From: Eledone cirrhosa | Lineage: Eukaryota | Direction: 5' to 3' | NCBI GenBank assembly: GCA_964016885.1 | Contig: OZ024761.1 | Span: 21,018,001-21,082,000 of the forward strand | DNA: 64,000 nucleotides | Shown here: piece after piece, positions 1 through 12,996 of the stretch | Numbering within the stretch: the stretch's first letter is position 1 | How the letters are laid out: every line of letters starts with the position of its first letter | Translations under genes and position numbers: made by a program | The notes under the pieces: generated by a model | Databases searched by the model: none | Told to the model about the DNA's origin: nothing | The model's input: the letters and a program-made list of their open reading frames with translations, nothing else

Positions 1-272
1 TATACAGTTATATACAGCTATATACAGCTATATACAGCTATATACAGCTATATACAGCTATATACAGCTATATACAGTTATATACAGCTATATACAGTTA
101 TATACAGCTATATACAGTTATATACAGCTATATACAGTTATATACAGCTATATACAGTTATATACAGCTATATGCAGTTATATACAGCTATATACAGCTA
201 TATACAGCTATATACAGTTATATACAGGTATATACAGCTATATACAGCTATATACAGCTATATACAGCTATA
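1..272. repeat. 10-bp tandem repeat (TATACAGCTA)n, ~27 copies, runs off the window edge
   Basis: Directly visible unit with C/T variants. Confidence 0.97.
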
Positions 273-750
273 ACCATTTCTGATTCAACTTCAAAGTCAC
301 AACGTCTTCTATTGATTTCACACACATTTGTGGCACATATTAATACAGATTTTATATTGTTGTTGTTGTTGCCACTGTCTTCTTTTTGTTGTTGTTGTTT
401 TTATGGTTGGAGGCGGTGGTAGGGAGGGGGGGTATTTCTTTTTTGTTTGTTTGTTGTTTTGTTTGCTTATTTGTCCTCCTTTTATCCTTGTTCTGAGATA
501 AAGATTTCTGATGAAGTTTGTCCTTCTCAACCTCCTGACTTTGTGAGAGGAAAATAACAGAAACAACACAACACAACACAACACAAACAACACCAATAAC
601 AACAGAAACAGCACAACACAAACAACACCACACAACAACAACACCAACAACACACAACACTTCCATGCAGCATTACACATCTCTCACACATGACACAGTT
701 ATCATACAATCATTAAATCTAAAGTAAATATTTTATAAGGAATATTTTAA

Positions 751-994
751 CCCTTTAGCATTTACATTATTCTATATTTTCACAGTAAAGGCCTTATCTC
801 ACATAATATCTCACATAATATCTCACATAATATCTCACATAATATCTCACATAATATCGAATGTATGAGATTTTGATATTAATCATTTTGAAAACAATAC
901 CATAACATCAGTATGAGTGGCTGGTTACAGCTGGTTTGACCAGAAAGAGGTGAGAGAATTCTGGCTAGACATGGCTAATTTAATTGCTAAAGGG
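751..994. mobile_element. piggyBac-like MITE
   Basis: TTAA|CCCTTTAGCA at the left end and TGCTAAAGGG|TTAA at the right end. TTAA TSD with CCC/GGG termini is the piggyBac hallmark. Internal 12-bp tandem at ~796-857. Confidence 0.75.
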
Positions 995-1252
995 TTAAAG
1001 GATCTATGGTTTTGGTAGGGCCTTAGGGAGTCAACCTTTGTTGTCGTTTGTGTTCCTTCTTTCCCTCTTGATTTTTCAATTTATATAAATATTTAGATGT
1101 TGAAAACAATTCGATTTACATGGAAGGGAAGGAGGTAACGCTCTCCTGTGATGGAGGAGGTAACGCTCTCCTGTGATGGAGGAGGTAACACTCAATATAA
1201 AATAAGAAGCTTAAAAAACACACAGACATATATATGTATGTGTATTTATATA

Positions 1253-1283
<31 letters not shown>

Positions 1284-1495
1284 GTATGTATATATATATA
1301 TATGTGCATGTACGTATATGTATATGTGCATATGTATATATATATATATACATATATATACACTCACATACAAACATACACATATATATATATATGTTTA
1401 TGTATGTGTCTGAGTGTGTATGTATGTATATATGTGCATGTACGTATATGTATATATATATATACATAAATATACACACTCACACACACATTCAA

Positions 1496-1527
<32 letters not shown>

Positions 1528-1569
1528 GTATGTATGTATATATGTGCATGTACGTATATGTATATGTGC

Positions 1570-1616
<47 letters not shown>

Positions 1617-1675
1617 TTCAAACACACACGCACACACATATATATATATATATATAGCAAGATCACAATATTTAC

Positions 1676-1726
1676 CTAAGAATCACCTGACCAACTATAT
1701 AAACATCCAAAAACTGTACATCTTTG
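1676..1726 (-). CDS. Candidate 51-nt coding exon of an unidentified host gene (KDVQFLDVYIVGQVIL)
   Basis: tttcag acceptor, gtaaat donor, open in phase 2-2 and compatible with the candidate at 1851-1901. No homology recognised. Confidence 0.25.
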   Translation of the reverse strand, partial: QRCTVFGCLYSWSGDS

Positions 1727-1850
1727 CTGAAATTTAATTCCGATCACACAAAATGAACGAGATGCTTACAATTGCAGTTTTTTTATGGAACATTTAAATT
1801 GATTTTCAAATTCTTGTCTTTGAGAAGAAAAATACTGAAATCACAACAAC

Positions 1851-1901
1851 CTACATTTCAGATTCTGGAGGGAATAAAGGTTATCAATTCTAAAATCTTT
1901 C
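1851..1901 (-). CDS. Candidate 51-nt coding exon of an unidentified host gene (KDFRIDNLYSLQNLKC)
   Basis: ttttctgtag acceptor, weak gttgtt donor, only one open frame (phase 2-2). Confidence 0.25.
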
Positions 1902-1924
1902 CTACAGAAAAATATTTAAATAAA

Positions 1925-2790
1925 TGTTTATTTTGTTATATATTAGCTGGTGTATATATATAATGTTTTGTTATATATTAGCTGGTGTATATATAATGTT
2001 TTGTTATATATTAGCTGGTATATATATAATTGTTTCTACTTTAGGCACAAGGCCAGCAATTACCCAGTGCATTACTGGTACTTTATTTTATCGACCCCGT
2101 AAGGATGAAAGGCAAAGTCAAATAATGTGTTGTTATATATTAGCTGGTGTATATATAATGTTTTGTTATATATTAGCTGGTATATATATAATGTTTTGTT
2201 ATATATTAGCTGGTGTATATATAATGTTTTGTTATATATTAGCTGGTATATATATAATGTTTTGTTATATATTAGCTGGTGTATATATAATGTTTTGTTA
2301 TATATTAGCTGGTGTATATATAATGTTTTGTTATATATTAGCTAGTGTATATATAATGTTTTGTTATATATTAGCTGGTATATATATAATGTTTTGTTAT
2401 ATATTAGCTGGTGTATATATAATGTTTTGTTATATATTAGCTAGTGTATATATAATGTTTTGTTATATATTAGCTGGTATATATATAATGTTTTGTTATA
2501 TATTAGCTGGTGTATATATAATGTTTTGTTATATATTAGCTAGTGTATATATAATGTTTTGTTATATATTAGCTGGTATATATATAATGTTTTGTTATAT
2601 ATTAGCTGGTGTATATATAATGTTTTGTTATATATTAGCTGGTGTATATATAATGTTTTGTTATATATTAGCTGGTGTATATATAATGTTTTGTTATATA
2701 TTAGCTGGTGTATATATAATGTTTGTTCTATTATATATTAGCTGGTGTATATATAATGTTTGTTCTATTATATATTAGCTGGTGTATATT
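1925..2790. repeat. 33-bp minisatellite (AATGTTTTGTTATATATTAGCTGGTGTATATAT)n interrupted by a SINE fragment
   Basis: More than 20 near-identical units; explains the MFCYILAGVYI pseudo-ORF. Confidence 0.95.
2028..2122 (-). mobile_element. tRNA-derived SINE family A, 3' fragment inserted in the minisatellite
   Basis: Reverse complement of GCCTTTCATCCTTACGGGGTCGATAAAATAAAGTACCAG...GGCCTTGTGCC, found in many copies in the window. Confidence 0.85.
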
Positions 2791-2896
2791 AAGGATTTTT
2801 TTAAATGAAAAACCAATGTTGTCTCTGAGATGAAGCGTGGGTGTATTTGAATTGATATAAAAATGAGAACCCTGATGGCTAGCACAGCTGTTAAAA

Positions 2897-3257
2897 CAGC
2901 GATGGGTAACAATGACCAGCGATGGGTAACAATGACCAGCGATGGGTAACAATGACCAGCGATGGGTAACAATGACCAGCGATGGGTAACAATGACCAGC
3001 GATGGGTAACAATGACCAGCGATGGGTAACAATGACCAGCGATGGGTAACAATGACCAGCGATGGGTAACAATGACCAGCGATGGGTAACAATGACCAGC
3101 GATGGGTAACAATGACCAGCGATGGGTAACAATGACCAGCGATGGGTAACAATGACCAGCGATGGGTAACAATGACCAGCGATGGGTAACAATGACCAGC
3201 GATGGGTAACAATGACCAGCGATGGGTAACAATGACCAGCGATGGGTAACAATGACC
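2897..3257. repeat. Perfect 20-bp tandem repeat (CAGCGATGGGTAACAATGAC) x18
   Basis: Identical head-to-tail units with no spacers. Confidence 0.97.
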
Positions 3258-3319
3258 ATGTTAGCCTGAGTAGTGGGGATTTTTTTATTTTATTTCATTT
3301 ATATTTTTATTTATTTATT

Positions 3320-3890
3320 AAAAGTACCTGTTAAATACTGGGGTAAAATCAGTAGAATCTTGGGCAACATGCTTTGTGACATATAATTAGGTTCTTTTAT
3401 GTTCTGAGTTCAAATCCCACCAAGGTTAACTTTGCTTTTCATCCTTACAGGGTCGATAAAAGAAAGTACCAGTAATGCACTGGTGTCGATTTAATTGACT
3501 TTCCCTGCCCTCCCCCCAAATTGTGCCTAAATCAGAAACCATTATTATTATTGAAGGGTGGTGAATTGGCAGTACCGGGGGAGGGTCGGACACCATGTTT
3601 TACAGCATTTACGTCCCTTTACGGTCTGAGTTCAAATCCCGCTGAGGTTAGCTTTGCCTTTCATCCTTACGGGGTCGATAAAATAAAGTACCAGTAATGT
3701 ACTGGGGTAATTGCTGGCCTTGTACCAAAAGTAGAATCAATTATTATTGTTATGGCAATAGATTGGCAGTATTAATCGGTAGAGCAACAGATTAAATGGT
3801 TTGTGGTATTTAGTCACAACATTTTATGTTCTGAGTTGAAATCCTGCTGAGGTCAACTTTAGCCTTTCATCTTTTCAGGGTCATTAAAGG
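3320..3890 (+). mobile_element. Cluster of three SINE family A copies
   Basis: B-box-like GAGTTCAAATCC, central GCCTTTCATCCTTNCGGGGTCGATAAA domain (resembles the Meta-SINE domain from memory), (ATT)n tails. Confidence 0.85.
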
Positions 3891-3913
3891 ATCAGCCCAT
3901 TACAATTCTTCTT

Positions 3914-4071
<158 letters not shown>

Positions 4072-4175
4072 AGTATTGAAGTTTCCGTTGAAAATTGAAA
4101 AAGTCACAGGAGTGAAGAGTGCTCTATGTAAGTTACAGAGCTAAATTTAATGTATAATAAACAATACAATATAAT

Positions 4176-4239
4176 TACCTCATTACCAGAGGTTTCCCGA
4201 ATAAGACGAATACAAGAAACGTCCCCATTCGTTCGTCAG
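4176..4239 (-). ncRNA. Hammerhead ribozyme-like core (inverted copy of 4345-4408)
   Basis: Reverse complement gives CTGACGA-long stem II-GAAA-CCTC/GAGG-TA. Confidence 0.6.
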
Positions 4240-4344
4240 ACAAGGCAATTTAAAACATAGTGAAATATTTGAAAAATCTCCTCAAGAAACTTTTGCCTTT
4301 CTTGAGATTTTTCAAATATTTCACCATGTTTTAAATTGCCTTGT

Positions 4345-4408
4345 CTGACGAACGAATGGGGACGTTTCTTGTATTCGTCTTATTCGGGAAACCTCTGGTA
4401 ATGAGGTA
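4345..4408 (+). ncRNA. Hammerhead ribozyme-like core, GUA site
   Basis: CTGACGA; stem II CGAATGGGGACG/CGTCTTATTCG; GAAA; stem III ACCTC-tggtaat-GAGGT; A. Stem I pairing is weak. Confidence 0.6.
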
Positions 4409-4430
4409 ATTATATTGTATTGTTTATTAT

Positions 4431-4467
<37 letters not shown>

Positions 4468-4629
4468 TGGCCACCCAACTAAGGAAACTTCTTGTTGAGT
4501 CAAACAATGCCGGATGTTAAAACTATGTTCAACACAGAGTACTCACAAACTCTAACTGGATTACCTAAAACAACACCTTGTTATATTTTATATATATATA
4601 TATGTATATATAGACATATATATATATAT

Positions 4630-4736
4630 ACATCATCATCATCATCATCATCATCGTTTAACGTCCGTGTTCCATGCTTGCATGGGTTTGGACGGGAGTT
4701 TTCCCACTTGAGGCAAGAGTGGTTGTCTTGCTCGCA
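4630..4736 (-). mobile_element. Short retroposed copy of an RTE-LINE 3' end with (GAT)n tail
   Basis: Matches ~42300-42400. Confidence 0.8.
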
Positions 4737-5567
4737 TATATATATATATATAAACATATGTGTATGTAAACATATATATATATAAACATATATATATATA
4801 AACATATGTGTATGTAAACATATATATATATAAACATATATATATATAAACATATGTGTATGTAAACATATATATATATATAAACATATATATATATAAA
4901 CACATGTGTATGTAAACATATATATATATAAACATATATATATATATAAACATATGTGTATGTAAACATATATATATACATATATATATGCATATACATA
5001 CATATATATATATATATATATGAGAGAGATGATAGTGGTGTATGGTGTGGTGTGGTGTGCAGTAGCTGTATATTCACCATTTCCAGGCTACATTCTACAG
5101 TGCAGTTGCAACATTGTCTTCCCTTTCATCAGATGTGCAAATCATATTTTTTATTTCATTAGAAACTGTTGCTTTTTTTATTCACCCAATTTTTTTTACA
5201 TTTTTTGCCTGTTTGTTTTGTTTTTTTTTGTGTGTAATATTTAATAATTTGTTTTGTTTTGTTTTTGTTGTTGTTTTGTGTTTGTTTTTGTCTTTATTTT
5301 TCTAGCTTTTTTTTCTCTCAATAAACTTTAAGACTATTTCATAATAATCAATATCTTCAAATAGCGTTCCAGCAGTATACCAGTATTCTTGTGTTCTTGT
5401 GTTCTTGTGTTCTTGTGTTCTTTAGTATCACCTAACCCTTTAGTAAAGGAGGGAAAAATATATATATACATGAACAGTATATATATATATATAATATATA
5501 ATATATAGATACACATACATATATATATGTATATATATATATATGTAACCTCAGCGTCTTATTTTAT

Positions 5568-5626
<59 letters not shown>

Positions 5627-6680
5627 CACACAGAGATATGAAAAAAAAATGAACTAAACTGTCAAAGCCTGCGATGCCATTCTGAGATATTCAAGATTGG
5701 GGAATACATTGTGTGTGTATATGTGTATGTATATATGTGTGTATGTGTGTGCATATATATGTGTGTATGTATGTATATATGTGTGTGTGTGTCCATGATT
5801 TACGTATACAGGGCTGATTTTGGCTTGGTTTCTACATCTGGGTGTCCTTCCTAACACCAACCTCATTTACAGTGTGGACTGGGTGCTTTCTGTCGTGACA
5901 CCAACATGACTACTTTACAGTGGCAGGGTGAGGTGGGGTAAACTATATATATATGTTTTATCTTCAGCCTGTGCCTGTGGGAAGTCTGGTCTTCTGTATT
6001 ACTGTGTAACGCCAGAGATCTCGGTCCTTTGAAAGGCGCAATTACATCATAAAAACAATAAGTTGTATTTTTTTTTCTGTTCCCAAGATAGTTTTGTTTG
6101 TATATAAAACTTTATATTTCCATTCCCCGCTATCAGGTGTCGATTGATCTATTGATCTGTAGATAGACAATAGATGTTTTGGAAGTTGATGAAAATATTT
6201 CACTTGAATGTTTTGTCTGGATAAAGCTAACTTATCAATGAAAAACACAGACAGAGTTTATTTAATCAATAACCTTCGCCTGATTACCTCAAAAAGATAT
6301 AAGTTAACTTCATTAAAGTTAAGTATTCCAGTCAAGGTGGTGTCAGAGTCATTAAGATGTCAGATAGAATACTTTACAGTATTTGTCCCACCTCATTGCA
6401 CACTCTCAGTTCAAACCCTGCCAAGGTCAACTTTGTCTTTCATCCTTTCGAGGTCGCTAAAAAAAGTACCAGTCCTGTACTGGGGTCGATCCTCCCTCTA
6501 TAGAAAAAATCTGTTGTGTTCAGACCTGGAGAGGGTTGGGCTCTGCCAGGTGTAAATGTGCCCTAGACACACCGTATGATGGTGTCTCTATGACTCCACA
6601 AGGACTTATGGGGCCTTTATCCTTTATCCTTTTATTCCAGTCAAGGAAAAATTAGAAACAAATTAAAAATAAATTTAAAT

Positions 6681-7296
6681 GTTAGACGGGTTGTCCCATT
6701 AGAGGCAAGTTGGGTCGGGTGTCTCTGTCTTGACGGGTTGTCCCATTAGAGGCAAGTTGGGTCGGGTGTCTCTGTCTTGACGGGTTGTCCCATTAGAGGC
6801 AAGTTGGGTCGGGTGTCTCTGTATTGACGGGTTGTCCCATTAGAGGCAAGTTGGGTCGGGTGTCTCTGTCTTGACGGGTTGTCCCATTAGAGGCAAGTTG
6901 GGTCAGGTGTCTCTGTCTGGACGGGTTGTCCCATTAGAGGCAAGTTGGGTCGGGTGTCTCTGTCTTGACGGGTTGTCCCATTAGAGGCAAGTTGGGTCAG
7001 GTGTCTCTGTCTTGACGGGTTGTCCCATTAGAGGCAAGTTGGGTCGGGTGTCTCTGTCTTGACGGGTTGTCCCATTAGAGGCAAGTTGGGTCAGGTGTCT
7101 CTGTCTTGACGGGTTGGGTCAGGTGTCTCTGCCTTGACGGGTTGTCCCATTAGAGGCAAGTTGGGTCGGGTGTCTCTGTCTTGACGGGTTGTCCCATTAG
7201 AGGCAAGTTGGGTCGGGTGTCTCTGTCTTGCTCATATAGAACTGTTTCTGGCTTGGTTTCTACAGCTGGATGTTCTTCTTCACACCAACCTCATTT
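6681..7296 (-). repeat. 47-bp tandem array (~11 units) amplified inside an RTE-3'-end retroposon
   Basis: Unit GACGGGTTGTCCCATTAGAGGCAAGTTGGGTCGGGTGTCTCTGTCTT, continuing into gctcatatagaactg...ctacagctggatg. Confidence 0.9.
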
Positions 7297-7303
7297 ATAT
7301 ATG

Positions 7304-7388
<85 letters not shown>

Positions 7389-7436
7389 AGGTATATGCAA
7401 TTATCACACATGTATGAATACACACACTCACACATT

Positions 7437-7479
<43 letters not shown>

Positions 7480-8269
7480 ACACTCTTACACCCACTCACA
7501 CACATACACACCATCACACACACCCTCTCCCCACACACACAAACACACAAACACGCAGTCATATTGATTCCCAGCTGTGCTATTGCTTTAGTAGGATGTA
7601 ACACAATCAAGGATGATAATCGTAAAATAACTCAATAATCTTAGGCTTCAGTTATTTTCTTAAGCAACTTGATGTCACAGAGGGGGGGGGGGTAGGGATG
7701 GGGGGTAGGGATGGGGGGGTTAAATCTATTATCTTATTTAGTATATTTTTTTTCATTTATATTTATATATTTATCTTTATTATTTATTTATATATTTTAT
7801 TCTTCCTATTTTAACTGTTTTATTTATCTGTTCTATTTATTTTATATATATTTTTATATCTGTTTTCTACATTTTATCTGTTTTTATCTGTTCCAGTTAT
7901 TTATTTATTATTTTCTATAGATATTTTATGTTTTTCTTCTTCTATATATTTTATCTGTTTTTATTTCTTTATTGTTTTTTTTATCTGTTTTTTCTCCTAT
8001 ATTTTATCTGGGAGTTTTTTTCTATATTATATTTGATTTTTTTATACATTTTATCTGCCCCCCCCCCCCCCCTATTATTTATCTGGGTTTTTTCTTCTTC
8101 TATATATTTTTATCTGTTTTTTTCCCTAGTTCTATATATTTTATATCTGTTTTTCTTCTCTGTTTTATCAATTTATTTACCTTCTTCCGTAAAAGTGACT
8201 CTGTAAATCTAATTCAATGAAGGTTTGTCCTTCCGATGCCACCAGCCATCAACATGCTACATTATGCTA

Positions 8270-8788
8270 CATTGCTGCTGTTGTTGTTGTTGTTGCTGCT
8301 GTAGTAGTGGTAGTGGTTGCTGCTGCTGTTGTTGTTGTTGCTGCTGCTGTAGTAGTGGTAGTGGTTGCTGCTGTTGTTGTTGTTGCTGCTGTAGTAGTGG
8401 TAGTGTTTACTGCTGCTGTTGTTGTTGTTGTTGTTGCTGCTGTAGTAGTGGTAGTGGTTGCTGCTGTTGTTGTTGTTGCTGCTGTAGTAGTGGTAGTGTT
8501 TACTGCTGCTGTTGTTGTTGTTGTTGTTGTTGTTGCTGCTGTAGTAGTGGTAGTGGTTGCTGCTGTTGTTGTTGTTGTTGTTGCTGCTGTAGTAGTGGTA
8601 GTGGTTGCTGCTGTTGTTGTTGTTGTTGTTGCTGCTGTAGTAGTGGTAGTGGTTGCTGCTGTTGTTGTTGTTGCTGCTGTAGTAGTGGTAGTGGTTGCTG
8701 CTGTTGTTGTTGTTGTTGTTGCTGCTGTAGTAGTGGTAGTGGTTGCTGCTGTTGTTGTTGTTGCTGCTGTAGTAGTGGTAGTGTTTAC

Positions 8789-8874
<86 letters not shown>

Positions 8875-9130
8875 TAGTAGTGGTAGTGGTTGCTGCTGCT
8901 GTTGTGGTAGTGGTTGCTGTTGTTGCTGCCACTGCTGTTGCTGCCACTGCTGCTACTGCTGCAGTGGTTCTTGCTACAGCTGATGCCACATGGCTACTGC
9001 TGCTGCTACTGCTATTGCTGCTGTAGCTGCTGCTGCTACTATTGCTGCTGCTGCTACTGCTGCTGCTGCTGTAGCTGCTGTAGCTGCTGCTATTGCTGCT
9101 ACAGTTGTTGTTGTTGTTGCTGATGTTGCT
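8270..9130. repeat. Compound trinucleotide repeat (GTT/GCT/GTA/GTG) with a higher-order unit
   Basis: Visible; source of the poly-V/C/T pseudo-ORFs. Confidence 0.95.
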
Positions 9131-9159
9131 ATTGTTTTCTCCTCTGTCAGGTGGCTGTG

Positions 9160-9477
9160 GGTAAAAGGGGTTTTGGGGTGGACATGACTGTAAAAGGGTT
9201 TTATGGAGGACATGACTGTAAAAGGGGTTTTATGGTGGACATGACTGTAAAAGGGGTTTTATGGAGGACATGACTGTAAAAGGGGTTTTATGGAGGACAT
9301 GACTGTAAAAGGGGTTTTATGGAGGACATGACTGTAAAAGGGTTTTATGGAGGACATGACTGTAAAAGGGGTTTTATGGTGGACATGACTGTAAAAGGGG
9401 TTTTGGGGTGGACATGACTGTAAAAGGGTTTTATGGAGGACATGACTGTAAAAGGGGTTTTATGGAGGACATGACTA
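9160..9477. repeat. 29-bp minisatellite (GGACATGACTGTAAAAGGGGTTTTATGGA)n
   Basis: ~11 units. Confidence 0.95.
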
Positions 9478-9656
9478 AAAGGACTGAAGACAGACACTTT
9501 CTTCTTCAGCCAACAAACCCTCAACTTTCTTCAAGTTCCTCTCAGAATTGAGGAGGTTGGAGGTTGGAGGGTGAGGAGGGGGGGAGTGAGGGTGGAGAGG
9601 GAAGTTTTTCTCTTTTTTACCTGTTTTATATATTCTTGGCATTTCTTTGTCATTTT

Positions 9657-10210
9657 TGGAGGGGGTTGGTGTCATCTTGTGGTGGGGAGTGGAGGGGATT
9701 GGTGTCATCTTGTGGTGGGGAGTGGAGGGAATTGGTGTCACCTTGTGGTGGGGAGTGGAGGAGGTTGGTGTCACCTTGTGGTGGGGAGTGGAGGGGATTG
9801 GTGTCACCTTGTGGTGGCGAGTGGAGGAGGTTGGTGTCACCTTGTGGAGTGGAGGGGGTTGGTGTCACCTTGTGGTGGGGAGTGGAGGGGGTTGGTGTCA
9901 TCTTGTGGTGGGGAGTGGAGGGGATTGGTGTCACCTTGTGGTGGGGAGTGGAGGAGGTTGGTGTCACCTTGTGGAGTGGAGGGGCTTGGTGTCACCTTGT
10001 GGTGGGGAGTGGAGGGGGTTGGTGTCATCTTGTGGTGGGGAGTGGAGAGGGTTGGTGTCACCTTGTGGTGGGGAGTGGAGGGGGTTGGTGTCATCTTGTG
10101 GTGGGGAGTGGAGGGGGTTGGTGTCATCTTGTGGTCGGGAGTGGAGGGGCTTGGTGTCATCTTGTGGTGGGGAGAGGAGGGGCTTGGTGTCATCTTGTGG
10201 TGGGGAGTGG
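9657..10210. repeat. 33-bp G-rich minisatellite (GGAGGGGGTTGGTGTCATCTTGTGGTGGGGAGT)n
   Basis: ~17 units, some shortened. Confidence 0.95.
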
Positions 10211-11061
10211 GGTTTTTTGTTGTTATATTTGGACATATCTTTTCATTGTTTGTTTTGTTATTCAATCTTTGAAGACCCTCTTAGCCACCTTCACATCATT
10301 CCTTCATTGATTGTCTCACCAATTATTTCCGTTGTTGTTACCTGAGATCATTCTAGCAGGAGTAATTAGTTCTAATCAGGTGTGCTGTCTTGTCAAATAA
10401 TACTTACACACCTCCCATAATATTTACACCTGTCGTTAAGTTATTAGCTTGGAACATTTGATTTAGTAATTATGGTAGAGGGTGGGTGGTGGGGGTAGAG
10501 AACTGGGGCGGGGGGGGGGCAACAAATGGGTTGGGGGGAACAAAGGAAGAGGGCAGGAGCTGAGGTGGACAATAGAGAGAGGCAGAGACTGGGGCTGAAG
10601 GTGATGTTGGTGGTGATGATGATGGTGGTGATATTAGTGGCAGTGATGATGGTGGTGGTGGTGATGATGATGATGGTGATGGTGGTGATGATGATGTTGG
10701 TGATGGTAGTGATGATGATGGTGGTGATGATGGTGATGATGATGGTGGTGATATTAGTGGCAGTGATGATGATGGTGGTGGTGATGATGGTGGTGATGAT
10801 GATGATGATATCTAAGCCTGCATCATCCGAGGAGTATTTCCCATTTGAGGGAGATTTGGCTGCTATTTCTAACAGATGGTGCGACAACATAGACGCTCCA
10901 TTGGCTGGAGAAGTTCTGTGGGAGGGAGGGGGTGGGTGTTGGGGTGGACTAATTAAGAAAGTAATTAGTCCACACTGGTTAATCAGCATTTGTATACAGG
11001 AAGATTGATGTTATTCTTTGCCTTCATGTGTGAGACTATTTCATGTTCTTTTATATATATG

Positions 11062-11092
<31 letters not shown>

Positions 11093-11206
11093 GTATATAT
11101 ATATATATGTATATACATACATGTATATATATATGTATAAATGTATATATATACATGTATATATATGTATATACATATATATACATACATATATATATAT
11201 ACATAC

Positions 11207-11245
<39 letters not shown>

Positions 11246-11585
11246 TATATATACATATATATATACATATATATATATACATATATACATATATATATAC
11301 ATATATATACACACATATATACACACATATATATATACATATATATATATACATATATATATACATATATATATACATATATATATATACATATATATAC
11401 ACACGTATATATATACATATATATATATACATATATATATACATATATATATACATATATATACACACATATATATATACATATATATATGCCTTGTGGT
11501 GTATCTTAGAATATATGAGATGAATAACATGATCTGATTACAAAACACATATATATATATACATGTATATAAATGTATATATAAA

Positions 11586-11629
<44 letters not shown>

Positions 11630-11677
11630 TGCACACACATAAATACACATATATATGTATACATATATACACACACT

Positions 11678-11711
<34 letters not shown>

Positions 11712-11732
11712 ATACACACACACATACACACT

Positions 11733-11764
<32 letters not shown>

Positions 11765-11989
11765 ATACACACACACATATATACACACACTCACACACAC
11801 ACATATATATATATAATACACACACACATATACCTCTCCATGTTGCCAACCCACGCACATCTGCACATGCGAGCATTCGAACAATTCTTATTAATGAGAG
11901 GAATAGAATATATTCTGTAGGACTCCATTAAAGTGTGAGTGGCAGAGTCATTAGTGAAATCTATAAGATTAATGATCTGTGGAAATATC

Positions 11990-12132
11990 ATCATCATTTA
12001 TCTTATGGCCATTCTTCCACACTAGCATGGGTTAGACAAGTTACCCTGTTGTGGCCAATGCTAGGTCGGGTGCCCATGTCTTGCTCATACAGAACTGTTT
12101 CTAGCTTGGTTTCTACAGCTGGATGTCCTTCT
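11990..12132 (-). mobile_element. RTE-3'-end retroposon fragment (close to 61985-62122)
   Basis: ccacactagcatgggttagacaag...ctacagctggatg. Confidence 0.8.
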
Positions 12133-12174
12133 TATATATAGAGGGAGAATAGGGTGTGTAGTTGTTAGTTAAGG

Positions 12175-12364
12175 TAGGCTTAGAAATAGAATGAGAGTAA
12201 GAAGAAAGCAAGATGGGTGGGGGTCACCCCTCCCCCCGGTCAGTTGTCTCTTGGGGGTCTCCAGCGTTGAAATATCTGAGACCCCCAGGAGACAACTGAT
12301 GAGGAAAACACCCACCCCCACCCATTCGTGCTTTCTTCTTACTCTCATTCTATTTTTAAGCCTA
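12175..12364. mobile_element. ~190-bp fold-back element in (TA)n
   Basis: TAGGCTTAGAAATAGAATGAGAGTAAGAAGAAAGC and TCAGTTGTCTCTTGGGGGTCTC are mirrored in the right arm. Confidence 0.65.
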
Positions 12365-12504
12365 TATATATATATTTTCCATTTATCGTTTTCGGTGCGC
12401 CCCGCTGATTAACTCACTTGATATGCAAATTAGGCTGCTCAGCCATTAATATGCATAAGGAAAGTACATACTTTCAGATGTTCAACCATCTGACAGGAAG
12501 GTAT

Positions 12505-12547
12505 ACGATGCTGACGATAGCTAATAAGCTTGAAACTAGTACATCGT
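12505..12547 (+). ncRNA. Minimal type I hammerhead ribozyme, GUA site after 12541
   Basis: ACGATG-CTGACGA-t-AGC-taataa-GCT-t-GAAA-CTAG-TA-CATCGT: 6-bp stem I, intact core, palindromic ACTAGT stem III. Confidence 0.85.
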
Positions 12548-12833
12548 TCCTGTGTCAGTGTTGAACAAAAAGGTGATGATGGTTGCCTGAACACTGTAGG
12601 CGTAATTCGGGCTATTTGTTTGTTTACAAACAAACCGAGCATTATAATAAATGTTCGGTAAACCCATACGTTCATATATATGTGTGTGCATGTATGTATA
12701 TATATGCATACTACTGTATGTCTGTATACATATATGTATGTATGTATACATACATACTTACACTTAAGTATCAGCCGTACTAAGAGTGAGAAATGAAATT
12801 TCGTTTCATTCTTTTCCATATATATATATATAT

Positions 12834-12943
<110 letters not shown>

Positions 12944-12945
12944 GT

Positions 12946-12993
<48 letters not shown>

Positions 12994-12996
<3 letters not shown>

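Noticed and set aside
508-530. CTGATGA hammerhead seed
   Set aside because: No GAAA or stem III in register
2897-3257. CRISPR-like regular array
   Set aside because: Pure head-to-tail repeat with no spacers, no cas genes, eukaryotic context
5060-5138. Minus-strand CTGATGA...GAAA
   Set aside because: Stem I and stem III do not pair convincingly
12470-12595. Minus-strand exon candidate with a gtatgt donor
   Set aside because: Better explained by the plus-strand hammerhead fold occupying the same bases
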